A stretch of 56,300 nt of DNA from a virus. Lineage: Duplodnaviria; Caudoviricetes. This document shows, in pieces, positions 27,245-35,591 of this stretch. The notes beneath the pieces are model-generated. The model was given only the letters and a program-made list of their open reading frames with translations, ran no database searches and was not told the DNA's origin. The stretch is from the IMG/VR virus record IMGVR_UViG_3300029442_000006, positions 1-56,300 of that record; one strand, written 5' to 3'. Numbering within the stretch: position 1 is the first letter of the stretch; every line of letters starts with the position of its first letter. Position numbers and translations under genes: made by a program.

Positions 27245-27445
27245 ATGAGAAGAACCAATAAAAAAAGCGTGCGAGCCAGCCTCATCAAACTCCGTGGACT
27301 CTGCCACGAGCATAATATCAACGTGGACGATATGCCCATGCCACGCGACGTGCGGACGTGCAGTGACCTCGGCGACCAAATCGGCCTCGTGATGGAGCGA
27401 CTCCAAAAAGCCGGAGTGATGGACGGTAATGTGGTGGTGAAATGA
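27245..27445 (+). CDS. Hypothetical protein (66 aa)
   Basis: Follows the promoter; ATGA coupling to the next gene. Confidence 0.55.
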   Translation: MRRTNKKSVRASLIKLRGLCHEHNINVDDMPMPRDVRTCSDLGDQIGLVMERLQKAGVMDGNVVVK

Positions 27446-27618
27446 ACCGTGCCGCCCAAGCCCTCGGACGAATCAAGACCGCAAAGAAAGCCGCCGCCAG
27501 CCGGGAGAACGGCAAGCTCGGCGGACGACCGAAGGAACAGAAACGCAAAGTGGCGAACGACAAGCTATGCGGCGGCGCTGCGCCGTCCGAATCAGCGTCT
27601 GGTTCGCTGTCGGAGTAA
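27442..27618 (+). CDS. Small basic protein (58 aa) with KAAASRENGKLGGRP motif
   Basis: Translated by hand; common phage basic motif; C-terminus runs through the attC-like site. Confidence 0.6.
   Translation: MNRAAQALGRIKTAKKAAASRENGKLGGRPKEQKRKVANDKLCGGAAPSESASGSLSE
27552..27608 (-). mobile_element. Complete integron attC-like site
   Basis: Minus strand AGCGAAC-CAGAC-GCTGATTCGG-A-CGGCGCAGCGCCG-CCGCATAGC-TTGTC-GTTCGCC: R''/R' boxes, 5-nt spacers, L boxes with an unpaired base, terminal hairpin. Confidence 0.75.
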
Positions 27619-27621
27619 CGA

Positions 27622-28113
27622 ATGCAAGAAACGCTCGACATAGGCTTCGCCCACGACCGCACGACCGGGAAAGAGGACTGGCTGACACCGCCGGAAATCA
27701 TCCGTGCCTGTGGCGACTTCGACCTCGATCCGTGTGCGCCCATCAAACGACCGTGGGACATGGCGAAGAAACACTATACACTCGCGGATAACGGCCTGCT
27801 CAAACCGTGGGAAGGGCGCGTCTGGATGAATCCCCCCTACGGCAACGAAACTGCGCGATGGATGGAACGCCTCGCCAAACACGGCAACGGAATCGCGCTC
27901 ATCTTCGTGCGAACTGAAACAGCGACCTACTTCCCGTGGGTGTGGGAATATGCGACCGCAATCCTTTTCCTGCGCGGTCGCCTGAGCTTCTACACGCTCG
28001 AAGGCAAGCGCGGCGGCCCGGCAGGTGCGCCAAGCTGCCTGATAGCCTACGGACAAAACAATGTGACCGCGCTGGAGAAATGCGGCCTGAGAGGAAAGCT
28101 GGTGAGACTATGA
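27622..28113 (+). CDS. dam: Phage DNA N6-adenine methyltransferase (phage Dam family)
   Basis: WLTPPEI...FDLDPCA...YT..DNGL..PWEGRVWMNPPY...RTET..F...FLRGRLSF. Confidence 0.9.
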   Translation: MQETLDIGFAHDRTTGKEDWLTPPEIIRACGDFDLDPCAPIKRPWDMAKKHYTLADNGLLKPWEGRVWMNPPYGNETARWMERLAKHGNGIALIFVRTETATYFPWVWEYATAILFLRGRLSFYTLEGKRGGPAGAPSCLIAYGQNNVTALEKCGLRGKLVRL

Positions 28114-28286
28114 AGAAACTCAACCTGCTGGCGCACCTGACGCCAGCCGAAAACAAAACGTGGACAACTGCCTTTGAGTATCACGTCAACAACGGGAAAA
28201 CAGACCGGCAAGCTGATGCGCTGGCGTGGAAAGAAACCGCCCGCGAACATCCGAGACTCAAAAAATATGTGGGGGCAAAAACATGA
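28110..28286 (+). CDS. Hypothetical protein (58 aa)
   Basis: ATGA-coupled on both sides. Confidence 0.55.
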   Translation: MKKLNLLAHLTPAENKTWTTAFEYHVNNGKTDRQADALAWKETAREHPRLKKYVGAKT

Positions 28287-28738
28287 TCAAAGCAATCTAC
28301 CGCGCCCGTGAAGATGGTGGCTATGACTTCGTGGCAGCATTCGAGACAGAGGAAACGCCACAAGAACCAAGCAACTGGCCGAATGAAATAACCGAATGGC
28401 TACGCAGTGAGGGCGAAGATGTGCTCGTCGTTGAAAATATCTCGCTGCACAATCTGACGGATGTGTGGAGCAAGGCGACAACTCCACCGCAACCCACCCG
28501 CCAATATCGCGCCGACGATGAAGATGAGGACTGGCAAAAGGAACTGGCCGCGCAACTGAATCGGCTGATGACTCTCGCCAACAAGCTGCAACAGCGCGGG
28601 GAAACAGAGGCGATGCAAGACGTGGACGCCGCAATCTCTCGAATCGCGGAGTTTGAGGGCATCCAGCTTGCTCGCACGAATGAGACAGCGAACGTCCAAG
28701 CTGAGCCGCCCGCGCCGAAAGGAAGCGCCAATGTATAA
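28283..28738 (+). CDS. Acidic hypothetical protein (151 aa)
   Basis: ATGA coupling; the end runs into an attC-like half-site. Confidence 0.6.
   Translation: MIKAIYRAREDGGYDFVAAFETEETPQEPSNWPNEITEWLRSEGEDVLVVENISLHNLTDVWSKATTPPQPTRQYRADDEDEDWQKELAAQLNRLMTLANKLQQRGETEAMQDVDAAISRIAEFEGIQLARTNETANVQAEPPAPKGSANV
28684..28710 (-). mobile_element. attC-like half-site (R' end of cassette A)
   Basis: GACAGCGAAC (28684-28693) is the exact reverse complement of GTTCGCTGTC (27602-27611). Confidence 0.65.
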
Positions 28739-28805
28739 CCCGGCAGCAAGAATATCACATCTATAACTTCGCGGCGATAGACGCCATCAGAGGCAAGTGA
28801 GTGGA

Positions 28806-28993
28806 TGCAAAGTAAAGAAAAGGAAAATGAAAATGGCAAAACCTATCAAAGAAACTCCAATCCTCCACGGCAAAGAAGCTGAACGGTTCGCTTCTCGTGT
28901 CGAAAATAACGAGCGACGAGACCATTCAAAATCGTTTGCTCGTGCGAAGGGCGTTTATGACCGGGTGCAAAGTAAAGAAAAGGAAAATGAAAA
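28806..28993 (+). repeat. 28-bp direct repeat TGCAAAGTAAAGAAAAGGAAAATGAAAA (28806-28833 and 28966-28993)
   Basis: Exact match; contains an RBS. Confidence 0.9.
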
Positions 28994-29036
28994 CTATGAC
29001 AGCACCCCAAACTCCACCCGCCCACCCGTTAGGTGA
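28833..29036 (+). CDS. Small protein MAKPIKETPILHGKEAERF (antitoxin-like)
   Basis: Strong RBS; the N-terminus resembles small partners of GNAT genes (from memory, unverified). Confidence 0.5.
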   Translation: MAKPIKETPILHGKEAERFASRVENNERRDHSKSFARAKGVYDRVQSKEKENENYDSTPNSTRPPVR

Positions 29037-29053
29037 AGCGCATGGTTCGGACT
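29010..29053 (-). mobile_element. attC-like half-site (R''/L'' end of cassette B)
   Basis: Minus strand AGTCCGAAC-CATGC-GCTTCACC-TAAC; its plus-strand GTTCGGACT is the exact reverse complement of AGTCCGAAC at 29400-29408. Confidence 0.65.
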
Positions 29054-29069
29054 CGAAGAAAGGACAATC

Positions 29070-29447
29070 ATGAATGGATACAGAACGCTCGAAAAGGGCG
29101 AGATAATCGAAGCGGGCGACGAATACGACGCCTGCTCAAATGCGTGGAAAGACGATGCCAACTGGAAGCCAGCACCGGCGCACATGGTAGGCAAGCCAGC
29201 CAGCGACCCGAAGTATCCAGCGCACACAATCTACCGGCGGCGACTGCATCCGGCGGATGACCCGAACCACTGCCACCCGCACGACTGCGGCTACACCGTG
29301 ACCGGGCACATCCACAACTGCAACTGCGAATGGCGAGAGCATGATAATACCGGCATGAGGTATCCAGAACGGAGCGACACAACTGGCGGTGAAACTGATA
29401 GTCCGAACGGGAAGCTGAGGCACAGCCCCAGCGAAAGGAAAGCATGA
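29070..29447 (+). CDS. Hypothetical protein (125 aa), cargo of cassette B
   Basis: AGAAAGGA RBS; YRTLEKGEIIEAGDEY...IYRR phage-type motif; ends in an attC-like half-site (29400-29430). Confidence 0.65.
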   Translation: MNGYRTLEKGEIIEAGDEYDACSNAWKDDANWKPAPAHMVGKPASDPKYPAHTIYRRRLHPADDPNHCHPHDCGYTVTGHIHNCNCEWREHDNTGMRYPERSDTTGGETDSPNGKLRHSPSERKA

Positions 29448-29477
29448 ATGACACTCAAGGCGTGAACGATGGAACAA

Positions 29478-29711
29478 CTACTCCGCCCCGAAGTGACGTA
29501 CCGGTAGGCTAAGTCTTTGGACTGCCTGTAACTTGTGTTGCGCGTCCAGTAAATCGCCCAGTGCCTCTGTGACTAGCTCGCGCCGCTCACTGTCTAGCTC
29601 GCGAACATCGTGGGCCGAGACCACCACGCTCTTAGTCGTGTCAAGGGCTTTAAGGCTATGTCTGATGTAATCAGCAAAGACTTGGTTCGCAGATGGTGGG
29701 GTATGTTTCAA
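29478..29711 (-). CDS. Hypothetical protein (77 aa)
   Basis: Last gene of the minus-strand operon; ATGA overlap. Confidence 0.5.
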   Translation of the reverse strand: MKHTPPSANQVFADYIRHSLKALDTTKSVVVSAHDVRELDSERRELVTEALGDLLDAQHKLQAVQRLSLPVRHFGAE

Positions 29712-29902
29712 ATGCGGAAATTGAGTGATAAGTGTTTTAGATAAATCGAGTTCAAACTCCGGCCAAGTTTTTTAGCTAAGACTCTCGCCGGAACCTTACC
29801 GTAAAACATCCGCAAAACTTTTGTTTCTTCGTCAGTCCAACCGCGATTGCGCGGCGCGTAAGATTCTGCCAACTGTTGCAAATCGGAAAAGTCAATCGTC
29901 AA
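29708..29902 (-). CDS. Small Myb/HTH-like protein
   Basis: WTDEETKVLRMFYGKVPARVLAKKLGRSLNSI; TTGA overlap with the phosphoesterase stop. Confidence 0.6.
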   Translation of the reverse strand: MTIDFSDLQQLAESYAPRNRGWTDEETKVLRMFYGKVPARVLAKKLGRSLNSIYLKHLSLNFRI

Positions 29903-31683
29903 ACATCTAGCGTTAGGTGATTTTTTGTTTTTACTTTGAGAAGAACCGGTCGCCATTTATAGTCTCCTTTATTGGTTTCAAACACCACAAACCCGAAATC
30001 TACCGTTCCCGAACATTGCCGAGTACCGTACTTACTACCAAGCCCTTGCAAGGCCGGTGTTGTCATCGCTAACCAATCCGCGCCACCGGCATAATCGTAG
30101 TAATGGACATGGCTATTGCCGAGTATCGCCGCCTTGCCGTTGCGCCTCGTAACTATTGTTCCATTCGGAACTGAAACACACCATGTCGCACCATTGTAAG
30201 GGACTGTCTTAAAGTTCGCGCCTTTTGCCGTGATGATTTGCTTGGGGGTAAACCCTACGACATAATTAACTTTCCCCCACTTTGTCCGCCGTGACACTTG
30301 TGCTTTATATCCGTTGGTGATTAACAAAATTTGCAACCGGTCGGCAAGGTCGGAGTTGCTTGTAAAAATCTTTCCAGATCTTCCGAGTTTTTCCATGTGG
30401 CCATCGCCGCGAACGTACTCAGCAAGGAAAACCTCAAATTGGCGACGATTCATCCACATCAACCAGTCGGGGATGTTCTTCTTTCCGCCCAACAGGGCAA
30501 TTATGTTTTTACTGTCCGGTTGACGAATATAGAAAACAATCCCATCTTCCTTTGTTTCGTAAACCCGTCCATTTAACTCGTGAATCTTCTGCCCTTTTTG
30601 TTTTCTGAAATGCTTAGTATAAGACACGCCAGCTTCCTTGAGAACCGCCTCGATTTCATTTGAGCGACTTATCCTCTGGAAAAGGCGAACATTGTTCTTT
30701 TCTTTATACCCCTTTGAGCGATTCCCGGCGTCCATGTTACCCTCAGCGATGGTCCATGCCAAAAGCTTCAATACGCCATCAGGAATAACCACTCCGGGGT
30801 TTTGTAGGAAACCAGAAACGGGCAGCCTGAAGATATTCATTTTCGCCAATTCATCTGCCGGCCTCTTTAGGAAATTACGAGAGACGGAAGAATGATAGAC
30901 AATGGTGTGGTCATGCGTTACGAGCGCGTCATATCCCTTCGCTTTCATCTGAATCATGGTTTTATCTGTGTTTTGGGATGTAACCTTCTCCACGGCCTGC
31001 CATTCGAGATTCCCCGATCTGAGATTAAGAGTACATACTGAATCGCCAACAGAAATCATCCCACGCCTCTTCCATCCAGCCGGTGTGAGTATTTCCGTAT
31101 CTTCCGAAAGGCACCGCACTAACACATCCGCCTTTTTCGTCGCACTATGTTCTGTCCATAATTGCGCCCAAAGGTGTTCGCGGGCGATTGCGGTATGCCT
31201 GCCGTGCGGAATTTGGCTTGAGCCGACCTTGTGTTTTACATCGAAAGTCACGCCGTCCACTCGCAAGTATTGGTGGCCGGAAATGTCTGCATCGAGTAGG
31301 TGCGCGATATTCCCTTCAAAATCTTCGCCGGTGCCGGTATGGTAGGGAGTTCCATAAGTCATCACGACTTTAGTGCCTGCTGAGACTGCCTTTCGGATTG
31401 CGAATACGGCCATTTCACATTGCTCGTTGCGGTCGCTGGTAATACATTCAGTCCCACCCGACTTCTCGCCCTTACCGTCAATGCAATCGCCATTCACAAT
31501 CACCACGTCGAACTTTCCATGACGCCGCAAGGAATCGGTGTAGAAATCCCAATAAGCTCGCTGGTATTGCGCGATTCGTTTAAGCCGTTGATCCGCTAGG
31601 CTTGTGTTCAACTGCCAGCCCGGCGGGGTTAAGCCGACAAGGTGCCCGCAATGTAAGTCGGAGAGGATTAGAACTTTTTTCAT
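29899..31683 (-). CDS. Calcineurin-like metallophosphoesterase interrupted by an intein
   Basis: SDLHCGH, VNGDCIDG, GTPYH, KH, R|SHVH; predicted spliced product about 261 aa. Confidence 0.85.
   Translation of the reverse strand: MKKVLILSDLHCGHLVGLTPPGWQLNTSLADQRLKRIAQYQRAYWDFYTDSLRRHGKFDVVIVNGDCIDGKGEKSGGTECITSDRNEQCEMAVFAIRKAVSAGTKVVMTYGTPYHTGTGEDFEGNIAHLLDADISGHQYLRVDGVTFDVKHKVGSSQIPHGRHTAIAREHLWAQLWTEHSATKKADVLVRCLSEDTEILTPAGWKRRGMISVGDSVCTLNLRSGNLEWQAVEKVTSQNTDKTMIQMKAKGYDALVTHDHTIVYHSSVSRNFLKRPADELAKMNIFRLPVSGFLQNPGVVIPDGVLKLLAWTIAEGNMDAGNRSKGYKEKNNVRLFQRISRSNEIEAVLKEAGVSYTKHFRKQKGQKIHELNGRVYETKEDGIVFYIRQPDSKNIIALLGGKKNIPDWLMWMNRRQFEVFLAEYVRGDGHMEKLGRSGKIFTSNSDLADRLQILLITNGYKAQVSRRTKWGKVNYVVGFTPKQIITAKGANFKTVPYNGATWCVSVPNGTIVTRRNGKAAILGNSHVHYYDYAGGADWLAMTTPALQGLGSKYGTRQCSGTVDFGFVVFETNKGDYKWRPVLLKVKTKNHLTLDV
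30115..31113 (-). mobile_element. Intein (333 aa) with LAGLIDADG homing endonuclease
   Basis: Block A CLSEDTEILTPAGWK; block B VTHDH; LAGLIDADG helices LLAWTIAEGN and FLAEYVRGDGH; block F/G TWCVSVPNGTIVTRRNGKAAILGN|S. Confidence 0.93.
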
Positions 31684-31916
31684 CAATTTCCTTCCCAATG
31701 TCTTTCCACTGCCGCCCGGTTGTAAGGGCGGTCTTGACCGGCGGCGTGCCACTTTATTCGGCAGGTATTGCACCGCCAGTAGGCGACGGATTCCTTAACA
31801 CCCTCAACGGCGCAGCCGGTGGCGATTCTAGCGCATTTCGGGCAGAGTTCGCGGCGTTGTGCCTTGAACGCCTTACCACTTAGAAATTCGTCTAGGAATG
31901 ACGGTGTATCATTCAT
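31683..31916 (-). CDS. Hypothetical protein (77 aa)
   Basis: TGATG coupling to the phosphoesterase; ATG abuts the tnpB insertion site. Confidence 0.5.
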   Translation of the reverse strand: MNDTPSFLDEFLSGKAFKAQRRELCPKCARIATGCAVEGVKESVAYWRCNTCRIKWHAAGQDRPYNRAAVERHWEGN

Positions 31917-33213
31917 AATTCCGTCGGGTCTGAAACCACGGCCTTCAGGCCGTCCGACCCGGTTGTTGTTTCCGCACTTGACAAACTCAATACGTTATGC
32001 GAAATTGAAACGTATTGAAAGCGACTCGAACAATCAAGATTAAGGTCGGGGAGTCCAAGCATTTGGATGCTCTCGCCGTCCGGTATCTGGCTGCTGCTTG
32101 CTGGACTTCTAAGCGCGTGTTCAAATCGAAGGAACTCAACTCGAATCGACTGTCCCGCGCCTTCTATGCCTCCGTCCGCAAGAAGTTCAAGCTCCCATCG
32201 CAGTTGACTTGCTCTCTGTTCCGGCACGTCACCGGCAGCTACAAGACCTTGAAGGCGCTCGGCAAATGGGATTTGGCGGTATTCAAACGCGCCACCATGC
32301 CACTGACTCACAAGCGCGACTTTGCTCGCAACAAGAAAGGCGTCACAATTCTCGGTGAGACTTTCACCTTGCAGCACCCATCCATCCCGGAAACCGGCTG
32401 GAAAGATTCCAAACTGAAACGAGTCGGCAAGGTCTGGTATCTGTGCCTCGCGCACGAAATCGAAATTCCCGAACTCAAGACCGAAGGTTGCATCGTTGGT
32501 TGCGACTTCGGCATCAAGCGGATGATGGTCGCCACCAACTCGGCCAACTCCAAAACATTTTTCTTCCACGGCGGGCACTTGGAACAAGTGCGCCGCTCTA
32601 TTCGTCAACACCGTAGCGCAGTTCAAGCTGTTGGCACTCGCTCCGCTCATCGCCTTCTTAGTCGCATGAGTGGCCACGAAGCTGCCGTAACAGAACACTT
32701 GCTGCACGTTGCATCGAAAGCCTTGGTGCGCTACGCCGTCACGAATGGAGCGCGAAAAATCGTCATGGAAGATTTGAGCAACGTCCGCGATGCGTCGCTC
32801 AGCAAAGGGAAAGACCTCCGCTCGAAAGTATGCCGGTGGCCGTATGCCAGCGGACAATTCAAGATTGCCTACAAAGCGGCGGCTGTCGGAATCGAGACTG
32901 AGAAGGTCAACCCCAAGAACACCAGCCGAGGTTGCCCCCGGTGTGGTCACGTCGCAGCATCGAACCGGAATGGCTTGGACTTCTGTTGCCAGAAGTGCGG
33001 CCATCGTGGCGATGCAGACCGCAATGCGTCGGAAAACATCCGACTGCGGTCTATCAATGCCGAGCAAGACTTGGCATTGTCGAGGAGCATTAAACCCCTC
33101 GAAAACTCGGAACCGTTCGACATCACTACTCGGTCGTGCGCTGCTATCGGCGACTCGGTTTTGGTTTAGGTTCATGGTTGAAATCCGCGCCCTTTAGGGC
33201 GCGAGTAGTTTAA
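31917..33213 (+). mobile_element. Non-autonomous IS200/IS605-family element (tnpB only)
   Basis: Left hairpin ACGGCC-TTCA-GGCCGT nested in GGGTC/GACCC; right hairpin CGCGCCC-TTTA-GGGCGCG followed by AGTAGTTTAA; no tnpA; removing it restores an ATGA gene overlap; boundaries inferred. Confidence 0.8.
32015..33169 (+). CDS. tnpB: TnpB RNA-guided endonuclease (384 aa)
   Basis: RuvC-I GCDFG, RuvC-II VMEDL, Zn finger CPRC/CQKC, RuvC-III DADRNASENI; TTG start. Confidence 0.95.
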   Translation: MKATRTIKIKVGESKHLDALAVRYLAAACWTSKRVFKSKELNSNRLSRAFYASVRKKFKLPSQLTCSLFRHVTGSYKTLKALGKWDLAVFKRATMPLTHKRDFARNKKGVTILGETFTLQHPSIPETGWKDSKLKRVGKVWYLCLAHEIEIPELKTEGCIVGCDFGIKRMMVATNSANSKTFFFHGGHLEQVRRSIRQHRSAVQAVGTRSAHRLLSRMSGHEAAVTEHLLHVASKALVRYAVTNGARKIVMEDLSNVRDASLSKGKDLRSKVCRWPYASGQFKIAYKAAAVGIETEKVNPKNTSRGCPRCGHVAASNRNGLDFCCQKCGHRGDADRNASENIRLRSINAEQDLALSRSIKPLENSEPFDITTRSCAAIGDSVLV

Positions 33214-33377
33214 TCAACGCATTCCTCGGCTTCACCACCAATCGCATCGTCAAGCAGTTGCGCTTTTAACATACACACCACGCCGATAGCTTCGGCGATT
33301 GTCACGTCAGATTCTTGCGAGTATCGCTTAATCACGGATCCCAACTCGGCAAGAAGCTGGTTGGCGCCGTTGTCCAT
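33210..33377 (-). CDS. Hypothetical protein (55 aa)
   Basis: TAATG coupling; stop codon supplied by the IS right end. Confidence 0.55.
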   Translation of the reverse strand: MDNGANQLLAELGSVIKRYSQESDVTIAEAIGVVCMLKAQLLDDAIGGEAEECVD

Positions 33378-33901
33378 TACCAGACTTTCACTCCACCGCC
33401 AAATGCCACAAATGGCTTCCACTGGTCGTATTGTGAGCCTAGTTCAAAGAATCCGTAAAGATTTGACCACTTGACGGCCTTTGCAACCAACTCAAATAAA
33501 GGTGCGCCATCAAGCCATTTTTCCAACGAGCCGTCTGGCACTACGCCAAACACGCAACCCGCACCAACAAACGTAGTGGCGAGGTCGCTAGGAAGCGTAA
33601 CGCACAATCCGGGACGGAATCTAAAGCTAGTGTTGATGTCATATTCACGGATGACATATTCGGTCGCGATACCACCCCGGTCAATCTGCGCCTTTCCGTT
33701 GTTTAATGTGGCGATATACACGCCAGATAATTCCATCCGTTGCGCGACACTCGCCAGCCAATTCGTGCCGGTTGTCAAGGCAAGCTGCGGTGGTGTTAGG
33801 AATGGCTTGGCCGATGGTGTGGCCGATGTGTCGGCTTTAACGGACATTACAAGCAAGCTAATGCCTGCCAAAACTGACGCTGAGATGAGATGCTTTTTCA
33901 T
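33377..33901 (-). CDS. Putative outer-membrane beta-barrel protein
   Basis: Signal peptide MKKHLISASVLAGISLLVMSVKA|D; C-terminal amphipathic strand PFVAFGGGVKVW ending in an aromatic residue (beta-signal-like). Confidence 0.55.
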   Translation of the reverse strand: MKKHLISASVLAGISLLVMSVKADTSATPSAKPFLTPPQLALTTGTNWLASVAQRMELSGVYIATLNNGKAQIDRGGIATEYVIREYDINTSFRFRPGLCVTLPSDLATTFVGAGCVFGVVPDGSLEKWLDGAPLFELVAKAVKWSNLYGFFELGSQYDQWKPFVAFGGGVKVW

Positions 33902-33915
33902 GATTTACAAGTTCC

Positions 33916-34440
33916 TTAAGGTTGAGCAGCGACCCACGAGAGTAGCCCATTAATCACACTGGCAACAGCAGGATTGGTACTCGCCAAAGCCATCAGGTCA
34001 CTGACGGTATAGACGGTGGGAGCGGTTGGCGGCGTGGTCTTGACGACGGGATACCAGATACCGCTCGCGCGAATTGGGCTGGACGGAACAGCGGCATAAA
34101 CCCCAACGCCATCAGGCAGGGTAGCTTTTGCAGCAAGCCCCTGAATGACGCTTCGCGCTGCTAAGACTAATCCCGTCAGTGAGGAGTTGTTACTTACCAG
34201 TGTAACAACAATGTTCTTGTCGTGGCCGGTGATGACATTTGTGCCGTCATACGGCGACAGAGTTGCGGTAAATACCTTGTCTGACAGGTACATTCTGGTC
34301 GCCCAATACCGGTTAAACACGCCGACAGACGGCGGAGTGTTATTGGTGATTACTGGTAAGGCTGACGACTGTGCATTTATTTTACTGGAAGTTGCCAGTA
34401 ACACGGTGACTAAGACTACTGCGATGAGATGCTTTTTCAT
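33916..34440 (-). CDS. Secreted hypothetical protein (174 aa)
   Basis: Signal peptide MKKHLIAVVLVTVLLATSSKINA|Q. Confidence 0.65.
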   Translation of the reverse strand: MKKHLIAVVLVTVLLATSSKINAQSSALPVITNNTPPSVGVFNRYWATRMYLSDKVFTATLSPYDGTNVITGHDKNIVVTLVSNNSSLTGLVLAARSVIQGLAAKATLPDGVGVYAAVPSSPIRASGIWYPVVKTTPPTAPTVYTVSDLMALASTNPAVASVINGLLSWVAAQP

Positions 34441-34481
34441 AACTTTACAAGTTCCTTGTAGGTTTGGTTGGTTTGAATGCT

Positions 34482-34853
34482 CTAACCGACGATTGGCTTA
34501 CCGGTGACTGTGCCGACATTCGTGCCGACTGCGATGCCGGTCTGTGAGAGGTCTGGCTGATGTTTGTCTGGAATGGCAAGGCTAACGTGCTTGAGGACGT
34601 GGATGATTTTAGCGAGCGGAGCGTTGCTGCCATCATCCGCCGCTGGTAAGAACTTCAAGACAAAACGCGCCACGCCAACAATGCTAAACAAGATGCCTCC
34701 CCACCGCGCCCAGAGCGTCACGAACGTTTCTGGCACTTCAACGGTGATAATCTTACCATCCGGCATCGTCACGATTACATTGTTAGACTGCGCCCAAGCT
34801 CCGAGTGCAATACAAGTGACTGCGAGTGCTACGAGTGCGAATGTTTTTTTCAT
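34482..34853 (-). CDS. Membrane protein, holin-like
   Basis: Signal peptide plus TM segment WGGILFSIVGVARFVLKFLPAADD, resembling small phage holins. Confidence 0.5.
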   Translation of the reverse strand: MKKTFALVALAVTCIALGAWAQSNNVIVTMPDGKIITVEVPETFVTLWARWGGILFSIVGVARFVLKFLPAADDGSNAPLAKIIHVLKHVSLAIPDKHQPDLSQTGIAVGTNVGTVTGKPIVG

Positions 34854-34876
34854 TGTATGCTGCCTTTCTTTTGGTG

Positions 34877-35113
34877 TTAGCTCCCTTTACGAAATCCAAG
34901 ATACGTCAGCGCAAGATAAACCAACCCACCGACTGCGAGTACCGCTAACCCGCTGATTGTCCACTTACCGACACGAGTCTGTTGTGACTCAATCCATTCG
35001 ACGACCGCCTCCTTGATTGCGTCCTTGATAACTACCTTTAGTTCGTCGTCGCTGATGTTGGGACACTGGTCACTACCAGCCTTCGGCAAAACTCTTTTAA
35101 TAGGGTCAGTCAT
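34877..35113 (-). CDS. Single-TM membrane protein (78 aa)
   Basis: IKEAVVEWIE...VGKWTISGLAVLAVGGLVYL. Confidence 0.6.
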   Translation of the reverse strand: MTDPIKRVLPKAGSDQCPNISDDELKVVIKDAIKEAVVEWIESQQTRVGKWTISGLAVLAVGGLVYLALTYLGFRKGS

Positions 35114-35232
35114 TATGGGTTCTTTGGGTTGTGCGGGTCATTTTGCGCTGCCCACATACCGACTCCGAGTGCAAGGACAGATCCGAATGCGTAGCAGAAT
35201 AGTGGGTGACTTTGGATAAAGGTGATAATCAT
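35113..35232 (-). CDS. Small membrane peptide (39 aa)
   Basis: Translated by hand MIITFIQSHPLFCYAFGSVLALGVGMWAA...; ATGA and TAATG overlaps on both sides. Confidence 0.5.
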   Translation of the reverse strand: MIITFIQSHPLFCYAFGSVLALGVGMWAAQNDPHNPKNP

Positions 35233-35591
35233 GGTGTGAGTAAAGTTGCGGGGGGTTGCGTTCCGATAATCTGCGCGGCGTTAATCGTCCAAGCGTCTTG
35301 GTTTGCGCCACTGACTTGACCGACGGTGTAGGCGGGGAAGTTCGTGCTTGTTAGGAACGCGCTGATATTCGCCCGCGCCACGTCAAAGTTGCCGTTGATA
35401 GTATCCCACCGCCACGCCGCGCCGACTCCATTCTGCCATGTTGTGTAACTTGGATTCGGCACTGTCGCCAGCACGATATTGGTCTTTTCAATCTGGCAGT
35501 TTGAGCCGACGAAATAACCCGGACTCCATTGCGTGACCTGCCCGGTGCTGTTAGTGGTGCAAAACATTAGTGCGGCGAGTAGTATCATCAT
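35229..35591 (-). CDS. Fibre-associated small protein with hydrophobic N-terminus (120 aa)
   Basis: ATGA-coupled to the fibre gene; Thr/Asn-rich. Confidence 0.55.
   Translation of the reverse strand: MMILLAALMFCTTNSTGQVTQWSPGYFVGSNCQIEKTNIVLATVPNPSYTTWQNGVGAAWRWDTINGNFDVARANISAFLTSTNFPAYTVGQVSGANQDAWTINAAQIIGTQPPATLLTP

Noticed and set aside
31913-33175. 420-aa minus-strand ORF
   Set aside because: Antisense shadow of tnpB with no recognisable motifs
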